The position numbers were made by a program, and so were the translations under genes. The notes under the pieces are model-generated. The model worked only from the letters and a program-made list of their open reading frames with translations. It did not search any database and was not told the DNA's origin. 64,000 nt of DNA from an uncultured virus (IMG/VR IMGVR_UViG_3300027977_000020) (taxonomy: Duplodnaviria; Heunggongvirae; Uroviricota; Caudoviricetes), in IMG/VR virus record IMGVR_UViG_3300027977_000020. One strand, 5' to 3'. The stretch's first letter is position 1. Each line of letters starts with the position of its first letter. Below are positions 8,446-18,119 of the stretch, in pieces.

Positions 8446-9626
8446 ACGACTTACTTTTCACAAACCTCCAAAAGTTTCGCGGTTCCTTAAACAACTCATT
8501 TTTAGAACGTGAAGAAATTATTGATGGACTCTTGGCTTCTGTAATCACAAAACAGAATACGTTTTTGTTTGGATTACCAGGAACAGGCAAGTCTGAATTA
8601 GTTCGTGCCGTATCAAACGGATTTAAAAACAGTAGATTCTTTGGTTACTTGTTATCGCCCACGACAGATCCTTCAGAACTGTTTGGCCCTGTGGCAATAT
8701 CAAAGTTGTTGAAAGACGAATACACAAGGGATGTACAAGGATATTTGCCTAGTGCAAACATCGCATTCCTTGATGAGTTGTTTCGTGGTAGCTCTGCAGT
8801 GCTTAACTCACTGTTAACAGTGTTAAATGAACGCACGTTCAATAACGGTAAAGAACTAATCCACACGCCAATTCAATCCGTCGTTGCTGCTACAAACTCA
8901 TTTCCACAAGAGGAATCGCTTCAAGCGTTTTGCGATAGGTTTTTATTTAGACCGACAGTGGAAGCTTTAAAGAAACCAGCATCCCGTAGATTGTTAGATC
9001 TATGGGCTTTAGGTTTGAAGAAAAGGCCAAACGTTGAATCAGAGCTAACTTACGAAGACTTAATTGAACTACAAGAATCCTTAAGTGAAGTTAAAGTCAC
9101 AGATGAGTTTCTAGATAAATTTTCACAGGTCTTTGATCTACTTGCTTCCAGAGGAATAACTATTAGCGACAGGCGTCGCGTTCAGATACTTAAGTTTATT
9201 AAAGGCTGGGCCCTTGTGCAAGGAGATGATACAGTGTATGCTGATCATCTACACAAATCATTGGTTCATATTATATATCAGAACGTGGACGATATAGGAG
9301 TTATAAAAGAAGTATTACAACAAGCAATACCCACGGCTGAAAAAATGATTATTGATATAAAGCGAGCGTTAGGCGGGATACTAAGTGAGTATCACAGTAT
9401 TAACGGCCAAGAGTGTAAGGCTGTAAGCGATCTGAATAAACTCGTGAGTAAGTTACGTAAGACACATAACGATGTGTCGGTCTTAGATCAGAAACTTTCA
9501 TCCATTATGGAATCGAGTGAGTATCGTATCTCAGCGACCACGAGACAGGAAGCCACTAAGGTGATCCAAACTTTAGACCAGACCAAACAATTGATTGCAA
9601 AATCAATTTCGGAGCTATGCAAATGA
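8442..9626 (+). CDS. MoxR-family (RavA-like) AAA+ ATPase
   Basis: Walker A GLPGTGKS, ELFGP, Walker B FLDE, LNER, AATN, DRF and ISDRR motifs. Confidence 0.9.
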   Translation: MNDLLFTNLQKFRGSLNNSFLEREEIIDGLLASVITKQNTFLFGLPGTGKSELVRAVSNGFKNSRFFGYLLSPTTDPSELFGPVAISKLLKDEYTRDVQGYLPSANIAFLDELFRGSSAVLNSLLTVLNERTFNNGKELIHTPIQSVVAATNSFPQEESLQAFCDRFLFRPTVEALKKPASRRLLDLWALGLKKRPNVESELTYEDLIELQESLSEVKVTDEFLDKFSQVFDLLASRGITISDRRRVQILKFIKGWALVQGDDTVYADHLHKSLVHIIYQNVDDIGVIKEVLQQAIPTAEKMIIDIKRALGGILSEYHSINGQECKAVSDLNKLVSKLRKTHNDVSVLDQKLSSIMESSEYRISATTRQEATKVIQTLDQTKQLIAKSISELCK

Positions 9627-11170
9627 ACTTAAAAACAGAGCAACAATTTATTCGACTCATAAACAACGAGCCTCTTGTTATTTCGGTCTCAGCGCTTTGT
9701 GATTTTCTATGGGATGACTTTGTTCGTGATGCACAACCAACAGTTAGATACTTAGTTGATTACTACAACATATCTCAGATATCACGATTTGGTAAGGAAC
9801 TATTTGATCTCTTGTATAACGGTGGTGCGGTTACTCCTTTAATAAGTTTAGATGAAGTCGAAGATTACTTTCGACTCAAGCAAGATGGTCACAACCCAGC
9901 GCATCCAGCGGGATATAAACCTGAGAATGCTTTTTGGGTGGGCTTGTTCAATGACGTGTGCGAATCCCCGATGTGGCCTAACTTAGCTGCTTTATCATGC
10001 GGTAATCAATTCAATGCAGGTAACAATGCAGTGAACATAATAAACAAACTAAGCGAACTTATAGAAAAACAAATAGAAGAAAATGAATTACTTGGTCAGG
10101 CACTGATTAAAGGAGGAAAGCAGATACAAGAACTGCGAGATAAATTTATGAAAGCTATGCAAGAAGGCAATGAAAAACAAGCGGCTGAATTTAGACAGCT
10201 AGGTAAGGAACTAGGAAAACAAATGGAGAAAACTTTTAGTGATGTGCGATCTCAAATGCAGCCTGCCGTATCAAACGCAATAGATAAAGTAAACGAAGAA
10301 GCAGAAGAGCTAAAGGAAGCACTCGATACTTTAGCAGGTACTAACAAAGGAGTCGGCTCCCACAGTGACGATTTAGAAACGAAGAGACACTTGGCACAGA
10401 CACTGAAACAAAACAAACGTTTGAAACAGCTGATTAGTAAAATTGGAGCCCTTAGAAAAGCTTGGAATAATAGGAAACGTGCTAAGCAAGCACAAAGTAA
10501 TTACAGTGACATTGTGGGGGCTAAGTTCTCGGATGATATTAAGAATATCTTCCCTGTTGAATTAGCTCTAGCTGGAGACACTATAGGACGGACTTTGTTT
10601 GCTCTCAAATATTCACAGAAAACTTTATTAACTAAAGACTACGAAGCAAAGATAAAAGAAATATCTAAAGGGCCCGTTGTTATGTACATAGACGTAAGTG
10701 GATCAATGTCTGGAAGCTCAGAGATATGGAGCAAAGCAATTGCTTATGTAACTGCTGAAGAATGTTTAGAGCAAAAGCGAGAACTTCAAGTTCATCTGTT
10801 TGATACAGTGATACAAGAAAGCATAGTTTTAAAAAGTGATCGAAACAATAACGAAAAACTCTTAAACTTTATGATGACCTGGTCTACAAGAGGTGGTACA
10901 GCCTTTTCAGCTGTATTAAACCACGCGCTGACTAAGGCTCAGATTGATGCCAAAGCCGACGTTCTACTAATCACGGATGGTGAGTCTGAAATATCAGATC
11001 CTCTTGTACGCCGTTTAAATGAATTTAAAGACGAAACATGCCTTCAATGGAATACTTTTTGTATAGGTCAAAAAGCTAACGTCCTTCATAAATTTAGTGA
11101 TGAAGTTTTCTTAGTTAATGTCAACGATGACCCTAAGTCTGTTGAATTATTTCAAACATCCTTAAGGTAA
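9623..11170 (+). CDS. VWA-domain protein (ViaA-like)
   Basis: MIDAS motif DVSGSM, GGTAF and ITDGE; adjacent to the MoxR ATPase. Confidence 0.9.
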   Translation: MNLKTEQQFIRLINNEPLVISVSALCDFLWDDFVRDAQPTVRYLVDYYNISQISRFGKELFDLLYNGGAVTPLISLDEVEDYFRLKQDGHNPAHPAGYKPENAFWVGLFNDVCESPMWPNLAALSCGNQFNAGNNAVNIINKLSELIEKQIEENELLGQALIKGGKQIQELRDKFMKAMQEGNEKQAAEFRQLGKELGKQMEKTFSDVRSQMQPAVSNAIDKVNEEAEELKEALDTLAGTNKGVGSHSDDLETKRHLAQTLKQNKRLKQLISKIGALRKAWNNRKRAKQAQSNYSDIVGAKFSDDIKNIFPVELALAGDTIGRTLFALKYSQKTLLTKDYEAKIKEISKGPVVMYIDVSGSMSGSSEIWSKAIAYVTAEECLEQKRELQVHLFDTVIQESIVLKSDRNNNEKLLNFMMTWSTRGGTAFSAVLNHALTKAQIDAKADVLLITDGESEISDPLVRRLNEFKDETCLQWNTFCIGQKANVLHKFSDEVFLVNVNDDPKSVELFQTSLR

Positions 11171-11180
11171 CAACTTAACT

Positions 11181-11369
11181 ATGAACACTAAAAGACAATC
11201 GGATCACCAGGTGATTCAGGACATCATTGATTACTACGAAAGGGAGCAGACCTATTACGACACTCAAGCTCACTTAGGTGACGTACGAACAACAAATGGT
11301 ACTCAACTAGAAATTTGTTATAAGATACTCGACGGTAAACGCTACTGGTCTGCTATAGAGTACCCATGA
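11181..11369 (+). CDS. Hypothetical protein
   Basis: Short ORF, ATGA-coupled to the next gene. Confidence 0.5.
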   Translation: MNTKRQSDHQVIQDIIDYYEREQTYYDTQAHLGDVRTTNGTQLEICYKILDGKRYWSAIEYP

Positions 11370-11830
11370 GTAGAAGTAAAGATCAGAAAGATATTAGCGA
11401 CGTTTTGTTTCAATACTGCCCACAGCGTTCGACAAACGAACTCGAGAAATGGTTAACTAATCTTTTTGTACTTTTAGAAAAAAACAAAGAAAGTTTAGAT
11501 AATAATTTTGAACTTACTTTTCACTACAACCAGACATACATAGTGTTTTTAACTAACAATAATATTTTTAACTTTACACAGATAACTGACGAAGGTATTA
11601 TTTCTGAATGTTCCCTACCTCTAACTATATTTTTACAAGAGGCTTTTGCTATTTCAAGAATAGAAGAAGTAAAAAATTTTATGGTTCTTTCTGACGAGTT
11701 TGAGTTTCGTTGCATAGCTATTCTGCTTGCAGATGAGATCATTCAGTGGGACGCCACAACGACCTTATCCGCCAACTTTGCTACCTATGCAGAGCACAAA
11801 ACAAAGCTCTCAAACCTTAAGTTTTTATAA
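11366..11830 (+). CDS. Hypothetical protein
   Basis: 154-aa ORF. Confidence 0.55.
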   Translation: MSRSKDQKDISDVLFQYCPQRSTNELEKWLTNLFVLLEKNKESLDNNFELTFHYNQTYIVFLTNNNIFNFTQITDEGIISECSLPLTIFLQEAFAISRIEEVKNFMVLSDEFEFRCIAILLADEIIQWDATTTLSANFATYAEHKTKLSNLKFL

Positions 11831-11886
11831 AAAGGTTGCAAGCTTAGTATGTAAGTGTTTAACTGCTCTTGGTCATCACCTCCTTT

Positions 11887-12693
11887 ATGAAACTCTCTTT
11901 CAAACTTGGCGACGCTTTGCTAGACACAGCTGAAGCCAACGCATTGTTTTCGGCCACAGAAACCAAAGCCTCAATAACGATCAACATTCTTGATCACATA
12001 AACTTGCGCGACGTTGACGCGAAAAAACTCTTTTCTCTTAGTGTAGAAAAGAAGAACCCTACCCTGGCTTCTCTTGCCGCTAAATGTGCGATTGAAGGTC
12101 TCACACCAGGTAAGAAGCGCCGCACTGCTCCGATGAACCGCATCGTAGACATTGCTCCCAGCAAAAGTTTCTCTGATCCAGACGAAGCTGTTGCTGCTAT
12201 AAACCAGATTGACCACATCAAAGGACTTGGAGCAGCAATGCTCTTGGTATCCCTAAGAGACGGACACAAAAAAACTCTCCGCCAAGTAGCTGTTGAAGCG
12301 GTTAACTACCTTGCCTATCGAGGTGAAGTGAGTGCCGACTCAGACTGCTTTAGGGGATTCATTAAGAGCGAGAACGGAAGCTACCGTCCAATCTCTAAGG
12401 CTCCTGGAGTCGGTAGGAACGAGGTCTACCACGCGTCGCCTATGTACATTGCTCTCCGTGATGGCCTAGCTTTGCTGGCTTCCTGGGGAATGGTTCGCAT
12501 GGAAAAAACAGTTGAGTTTGGTTCTAAAGATTCTGAACCCAATGGGAACTCGGATCTATTGCGTCGCACTGTGTACGCTGTGGAACTGACGCCCGCAGGA
12601 CTTACTGTGGCTAATCAATGGGGAGACATCAGCTACTTTGTAACCACACGTTGGAGCCAAAGGGTCCGTACCCGTAGCGTATATAGTGTGTGA
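11887..12693 (+). CDS. Hypothetical protein, possible winged-helix DNA-binding domain
   Basis: C-terminal L..WGMV...VYAVELTPAG resembles a wHTH wing; followed by a terminator. Confidence 0.65.
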   Translation: MKLSFKLGDALLDTAEANALFSATETKASITINILDHINLRDVDAKKLFSLSVEKKNPTLASLAAKCAIEGLTPGKKRRTAPMNRIVDIAPSKSFSDPDEAVAAINQIDHIKGLGAAMLLVSLRDGHKKTLRQVAVEAVNYLAYRGEVSADSDCFRGFIKSENGSYRPISKAPGVGRNEVYHASPMYIALRDGLALLASWGMVRMEKTVEFGSKDSEPNGNSDLLRRTVYAVELTPAGLTVANQWGDISYFVTTRWSQRVRTRSVYSV

Positions 12694-12711
12694 AGCCTAG
12701 CCCACCTGTTT

Positions 12712-12736
12712 GGGCGTCCTCTGGGCGCCCTTTTTT
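12712..12736 (+). terminator. Intrinsic terminator
   Basis: GGGCGTCC-TCT-GGGCGCCC followed by T6. Confidence 0.75.
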
Positions 12737-12739
12737 ATT

Positions 12740-14635
12740 ATGAATTTATTGTATTTAACATCACAAGATAAGTTTGATAAAGCTTTAGTTCAATTAGATA
12801 AGATCAAAAAACTTTGCATTGACACTGAAACAACTGGCTTAGACGCTCGTATAGCAGATGTTAGGTTAATTCAAGTTTGCTCTACAGAAGAAAACGATGA
12901 TGACAGGGACATCTACGTTTTTGATATGTTTAAGATTCCAGATCACAGCAAACTAAAAGCTTTTATTGAAAGTCGCGAGATGCTCGTGGCTCACTCAATG
13001 AACTTTGATTTCCAGTTCCTATTAAAAATAGGAATTGATTACAAGAATAAAATATTTGACACTTATATTGCGGAGCGTTGTTTACGTGCTGGCTTTAAAG
13101 AAAAACGAATAAGTCCGCAAGCTAAAAAACCTTACTTTGCAGACGTGTCGTGCAGCTTAAAAGCTGTTGTGAAACGACGACTAGATATTGAACTAGACAA
13201 AGAAGAACAAAGATCTGACTGGTCTAAGGAAGATTTGAAGATTGAACAGATTGAATATGCAGCTAAAGACGTAGACCTCCTCCCACGGGTGGCGGCCAGC
13301 CAATTAAAAGAACTTGTGGAGGAGTCTTTACTTGATATTTATTCACTTGAGTCTAAGTGTATTCGATCTGTAGCTACTATGTGTCACAAAGGATTTAATG
13401 TAGATGTTACTAAACTAATGGAACTAAAACTCAGCATTAGTAAGGAGCTTACAGATAAGACTCTAGAGTTTTGTACGGCACTAGACAGTGCACTTCCTGA
13501 AGAACTTAAACTCCCTAAAAATTTAGATGGAACGTTAGCTATAGGGAAAAAACCGAAGAAAGAATTTAACCCTGGATCAGGAGTGCAGTGCATCCGACTG
13601 TTTCAGGAATTAGGGATTAATCTGCCTGTGGATGGAACAACTGGTAAGCCTACACTTTCCCAGGTTGCTTTAAGTGAATTCGATAGCGAGGACGAAATAC
13701 TAAATATGTACAGAAAGAGAGTGAAAGTAGAAACTAAATTAGAGCACGTAGAAAAACTTATAAATAACATAAATCCGATAACTCAACGAATCCACAGCGG
13801 TTATAACCAATACGGTGCTAATAGCGGTCGGTTTACGTCCTCAGGCGCAAAAAAACAAACAGCTACTAAGGAGAAAACAGAGTTTGCAATTAACGCTCAA
13901 CAAATACCAAGGAGCAACGAATTTAGAAGTTGTTTCAAGGCACAAGCTGGTTACAAACTTGTAATTTGCGATTTTTCGCAGATTGAACTCCGGTTAGGGG
14001 CAGAATTGATAAAGATCCCTCAAATGATCGAAGCTTTTAAAAACGAACAGGACTTACACACGGTTACTGCGAGTTTAATTTACAAAATTCCTGTAGCGGA
14101 GGTACAAAAACACCAGAGGCAGGAGGGAAAAACACTTAATTTTGCTTTGTTGTATGGAATGGGTTATCGAAAATATAAAACTTATGCGGCCCAATCAGGC
14201 AAAATTATCTCGTTATCAGACGCTAAGGTAGCGCACACAGCCTTCCACACAGCATATCCACGGCTGCGTGAGTGGCACCGCGAAAGATCGGCCATGGTTG
14301 CTGATGGCTGGTGCTATGTTCGCACTCCGTTGGGTAGGCGACGACTTTTGTCTTATGACGATGCTCTGATGACGGCTTGTGCAAACACGCTAATTCAAGG
14401 AGCGGGTGCAGACATACTTAAGCTTTCTTTGGCTGAACTAGGTAAGTATCTAGACGAAGAAGCCTCATTGGTGGCTTGTGTGCACGATGAAATTGTCTTG
14501 GAAGTTATCGAAAGCAAAGCAAACCAATTTAAAGAAATTCTTGAGAAATCAATGACATTGGCAGCAGAGACTATTTTAAAAGTTGTTCCAGCTAAAGCCG
14601 ACGCTTCTATTGCAGACACATGGGCAGAAAAATGA
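12740..14635 (+). CDS. polA: Family A DNA polymerase with 3'-5' exonuclease domain, no 5' nuclease domain
   Basis: ExoI DTET, ExoIII YAAKD, motif A DFSQIELR, motif B KTLNFALLYG, motif C VHDE. Confidence 0.95.
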   Translation: MNLLYLTSQDKFDKALVQLDKIKKLCIDTETTGLDARIADVRLIQVCSTEENDDDRDIYVFDMFKIPDHSKLKAFIESREMLVAHSMNFDFQFLLKIGIDYKNKIFDTYIAERCLRAGFKEKRISPQAKKPYFADVSCSLKAVVKRRLDIELDKEEQRSDWSKEDLKIEQIEYAAKDVDLLPRVAASQLKELVEESLLDIYSLESKCIRSVATMCHKGFNVDVTKLMELKLSISKELTDKTLEFCTALDSALPEELKLPKNLDGTLAIGKKPKKEFNPGSGVQCIRLFQELGINLPVDGTTGKPTLSQVALSEFDSEDEILNMYRKRVKVETKLEHVEKLINNINPITQRIHSGYNQYGANSGRFTSSGAKKQTATKEKTEFAINAQQIPRSNEFRSCFKAQAGYKLVICDFSQIELRLGAELIKIPQMIEAFKNEQDLHTVTASLIYKIPVAEVQKHQRQEGKTLNFALLYGMGYRKYKTYAAQSGKIISLSDAKVAHTAFHTAYPRLREWHRERSAMVADGWCYVRTPLGRRRLLSYDDALMTACANTLIQGAGADILKLSLAELGKYLDEEASLVACVHDEIVLEVIESKANQFKEILEKSMTLAAETILKVVPAKADASIADTWAEK

Positions 14636-14913
14636 GTCAAGCTCCCGAACCGAAGCGAAAGTTTAAGGAAGGTGATCGAGTTAAAGAGATAAACAAAATG
14701 CAACAGATGTGTGTTAGTCCATTTGCATCAAACGCTTCCAAAAACGTGGTGACTAGGATCATGGCGGATATAAGGATAGGCACCGTTTTTGCAACAGGCA
14801 TAAAGCAAACTTCAACAGGGCACCGTCGGGTTTATGTCGATGTGTTGTGGGACGGTTCAAAAACCCCCTCAAGACACGAACAAATGCGGCTAGCTTTGCT
14901 GGACAACGAATAA
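14632..14913 (+). CDS. Hypothetical protein (SH3-like barrel)
   Basis: KFKEGDRV...VDVLWD; ATGA-coupled to polA. Confidence 0.65.
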   Translation: MSQAPEPKRKFKEGDRVKEINKMQQMCVSPFASNASKNVVTRIMADIRIGTVFATGIKQTSTGHRRVYVDVLWDGSKTPSRHEQMRLALLDNE

Positions 14914-14951
14914 ACGTTGGGTTACTCTTTACAAAAATTACCAAAGTTCTT

Positions 14952-15506
14952 ATGGAAAACCAAAAGACAACTTTAACTTTGTCTAAGTTAATCAGTGCTG
15001 CTTCAGTCATTTACGATGCAAATCCGAGTAAAATCGTATTCACGATGAGAGACGAGGGTGGTTACTACGGTTGCGTAAAGTTAAACGATCAAATTCATTT
15101 GACTCCAGAAGTATTTTCCACAGCGTTTCAAGCGGCAAATAAGGCACGTAACCTCCAAAAAAATCTGAAAAATAAAGATAAACCGCAAACCCTAACGAAA
15201 CCTATAAAAGTAACTAGCAAAAAAGTTAAAAACCAAGTAACTTACTCTCGGAAGTTTCACACTTTTCGAGAAACTCAGCACATGCCCCTTCTAAAATTCC
15301 AAGAGGTGTGGGTTATCACGAAAGGTGATACTTACGTACGAGAGTATCTAGATAAACAAAAGCAAAATCTTGTGACCTACACGACAGAACGTAATAAAGC
15401 AAAGATATATAAAGACCACGAGGAAGCCAAGATGAACATGAGAGTACTTAAAAATTTAATCGGCCCTGGTTTTAACCTGATGCGGTTTTTTGTAGAAAAC
15501 AAGTAA
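14952..15506 (+). CDS. Hypothetical basic protein
   Basis: ORF from ATG 14952. Confidence 0.6.
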   Translation: MENQKTTLTLSKLISAASVIYDANPSKIVFTMRDEGGYYGCVKLNDQIHLTPEVFSTAFQAANKARNLQKNLKNKDKPQTLTKPIKVTSKKVKNQVTYSRKFHTFRETQHMPLLKFQEVWVITKGDTYVREYLDKQKQNLVTYTTERNKAKIYKDHEEAKMNMRVLKNLIGPGFNLMRFFVENK

Positions 15507-15526
15507 ACTAGTAAAAAAAGTTTGCC

Positions 15527-15757
15527 ATGGCTACAAGATACGCTGGTGATTATTTTGGTGTCAGTTTAGAAGACTCATCAGATTCCTCTAAACTTCTTGA
15601 ATACTTTCCTGGGCTAAGGAACACGTACAAAAAAAAGAGTGCTGAGGCAAAAGAAAGACTGTACGAAGAAGACCCCGATAACGAACCTCGACTAACGGGG
15701 AACCTACGAGCTGCAGCTCGATTCCCTGGATTTAAAACGTTTGAAGCCCCGCGATAG
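15527..15757 (+). CDS. Small protein with N-terminal RYAG motif
   Basis: MATRYAGDYFG... Confidence 0.65.
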   Translation: MATRYAGDYFGVSLEDSSDSSKLLEYFPGLRNTYKKKSAEAKERLYEEDPDNEPRLTGNLRAAARFPGFKTFEAPR

Positions 15758-15806
15758 TTTTAGGTCTTGTTTTAAACTATACTATTGAAGATAAAGCTTT
15801 CGACCT

Positions 15807-16928
15807 ATGACTGCCTCTAGATATAAAGTACCCAAGGGTTTTTTAGACGTAGCAGGACAACGGTTAGGTCTGAACTTAGTCGATTTGTTTGGCGACGATG
15901 ACAAGGGTAAGGCAAACTTAGAAGGGTTTGAGCCTGTATATAACACACAAACACAATTCACGACTAAAGGTAGGGGTGGTGTCTTAAGTTACAAAACACC
16001 AAAAGTTCCCACGACGACATACACAAGTGAGTTCTCACTCATACCTGAGAGAAAAGAAGCTGCACCTGCTGGACCAACTGGACCAACCACAAAAAGCTAC
16101 AACTGGAACGCATACGGTAACCTCGGGGGACCTGGTTACGGTGCTAAAGATTTAGAAAAAGCTTTAGCTGAAGGTTTTAGTGAGCAAGACGTTAAAAATT
16201 ACCTACAACAAAACAAACAACTTTTTGGTGCTGGTCGATTAAACCTGGCTGAAGATCTTCAAAAGAAATTTGGCTTTGATTACTCTTATGTAAACCCTGA
16301 GGTTCAGTCAGACGTTGTAGCTGGTAAGTATGGCTCACCTGCTTCATTGATCCGAATGGCGGACCCGCAGAAATTTGCAGACTCAAGGCAGAATCAAGAG
16401 TTTATGAAGGCTGAAAATGTATCCCCAATAACAGCAGGAATCTCTACAAAATATGGGATGAACTCTCAGTACTTTGGTGCCGAAGATCTTAAAGCTGCTC
16501 GTGATCAAGGTTTTACTAACCTACAGATTAAAGATTATTTAGACAAAAATCCTTCCTTGTTAAGGGAACAAAATATCAAAGGAGGAGGTGGTCTGTATGA
16601 CGAATTAGCAAAATCACTCTCTCCTACCACCGCAACGGCAACAACAACAACAGCAGCAGCAATACCAACACCAGAACCAGCTAGGCCTGTAATTACTCCA
16701 ACTCAAGAATTTAGAGTAGCCCCAGAGAAATTTGAAGAAACACGGGGGATAACAACTGACTACGGTATGGATGCTTCTTATTTTGGTGCCGAAGATCTTA
16801 AGGCTGCTCGTAATCAAGGTTTTACTGATAGAGAAATTAAATCCTTCTTAGATAAAAATATTGCCGGTCTTCTTCGCGAAGGTAACTTACCAGGGAAGGG
16901 TGGTGTATATGATCAGCTCATACTTTAA
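15807..16928 (+). CDS. Protein with three internal ~45-aa repeats
   Basis: (Y/F)GA(K/E)DL..A...GF(S/T)...(V/I)K..L..N three times; DNA-level duplication near 16473 and 16782. Confidence 0.75.
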   Translation: MTASRYKVPKGFLDVAGQRLGLNLVDLFGDDDKGKANLEGFEPVYNTQTQFTTKGRGGVLSYKTPKVPTTTYTSEFSLIPERKEAAPAGPTGPTTKSYNWNAYGNLGGPGYGAKDLEKALAEGFSEQDVKNYLQQNKQLFGAGRLNLAEDLQKKFGFDYSYVNPEVQSDVVAGKYGSPASLIRMADPQKFADSRQNQEFMKAENVSPITAGISTKYGMNSQYFGAEDLKAARDQGFTNLQIKDYLDKNPSLLREQNIKGGGGLYDELAKSLSPTTATATTTTAAAIPTPEPARPVITPTQEFRVAPEKFEETRGITTDYGMDASYFGAEDLKAARNQGFTDREIKSFLDKNIAGLLREGNLPGKGGVYDQLIL

Positions 16929-16947
16929 AGCACCACACGGAAACTAA

Positions 16948-17472
16948 ATGAATGAATACTGTTTACTTATAGAGAAAAATAAAAAAGAATTACAACTCTG
17001 TGTATCAGCTAATGATAACAACCACGCTAAAGCACAAGCGGTAGACATTGCACGAGGACTTCAAGCAGACGCATTTACACTCGTATACGGACAGATCAAA
17101 CCTTGTGAACTAAGCGAGTTCTTTAACAAGTTAGCTCTTAGTGACTTTAGCCACACAGAATGCTTTACTTGGCAAGGAAAATATTGCAACAACACTCCAG
17201 TAATATACGCACTAGGAACTAAGTATTACGTGCGTCCTTTAATACTTACGTACCTAGACATACCTAAAGATTCTTTTGTACTACCCAAATGCAAAAGGAA
17301 AAACTGCATAAACCCTTTCCACAATACTTACAAAAATATGAAAGCCTCAAAGCTTACTAGCGCAGATAGGCAATTGGCGCTAGCCTTCGCAAGCCAAGGC
17401 ACTCCTGTTAAGGACATCGCTAAGGCATTTAAAGTTCACCGCTCTTCGATCTATCGCTTGTTTAACCAATGA
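16948..17472 (+). CDS. Degenerate HNH/His-Me zinc-loop protein with C-terminal HTH
   Basis: CFTWQG...VLPKCKRKNCINPFH and PVKDIAKAFKVHRSSIYRL. Confidence 0.7.
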   Translation: MNEYCLLIEKNKKELQLCVSANDNNHAKAQAVDIARGLQADAFTLVYGQIKPCELSEFFNKLALSDFSHTECFTWQGKYCNNTPVIYALGTKYYVRPLILTYLDIPKDSFVLPKCKRKNCINPFHNTYKNMKASKLTSADRQLALAFASQGTPVKDIAKAFKVHRSSIYRLFNQ

Positions 17473-18113
17473 ACATCCTCCTTTTAGGTCTCCGCGTCAC
17501 CGACGAACCAATAGAAAGTGAAGGCAACTGCAATTTAAACGCAGAAGCTTTACCTTCAACCGAAAAGAAAATTCCGACAAAAGTAGTTTTAAGTCAGAAA
17601 GCAGATCACTATGTAGGAAAACTACTAAAGAAACTTAAAGATAAGGAAGTTTTCCTTGCTATCGGACCAACCAAAGCGGACCCGGATGGTTTGCTAAAGA
17701 TGCAACCAATGCTAATTGCCAGAAAAGACAATTGGGATGATCTACTTGCTATCAATCTTTATATAGCCACGGGGGGCCTTGGTCCAAAAGCTGAAGAAAA
17801 TCAACTTGGCGACAACACAGTCACCAACAGATCTTTGGCTTGGCAGGATGAAAACCAAGAAACAAACTGGATGAAGATATCTTGCTGGAACGAACTGTCA
17901 GCTCAACTGGCAGAGCTACCTGCAGGAACCCCCACTATTGCTGTTGGAAGGGTAAGCACATCCGAAAAAGACGAAAGAGTATTCTTGAACTACGGCGTGG
18001 ATAAGATTCTTTATCTGCCTCGCACACAAAAAGCAGCCCCTACAAAGGCTGCAGACCCTGAAAAGGGTCGAGTTTCTACTGCTGCTCTCGGTTCTCTCGA
18101 TTTTTCGCTTTAA
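17469..18113 (+). CDS. SSB-like protein (probably two OB folds)
   Basis: TNWMKISCWNELSAQL...GTP..AVGRV resembles the SSB OB fold; lies in the replication cluster. Confidence 0.65.
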   Translation: MNILLLGLRVTDEPIESEGNCNLNAEALPSTEKKIPTKVVLSQKADHYVGKLLKKLKDKEVFLAIGPTKADPDGLLKMQPMLIARKDNWDDLLAINLYIATGGLGPKAEENQLGDNTVTNRSLAWQDENQETNWMKISCWNELSAQLAELPAGTPTIAVGRVSTSEKDERVFLNYGVDKILYLPRTQKAAPTKAADPEKGRVSTAALGSLDFSL

Positions 18114-18119
18114 CTAACC

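Noticed and set aside
12710..12739. TTG-started N-terminal extension of polA
   Set aside because: Lies within the terminator hairpin; ATG 12740 is more plausible
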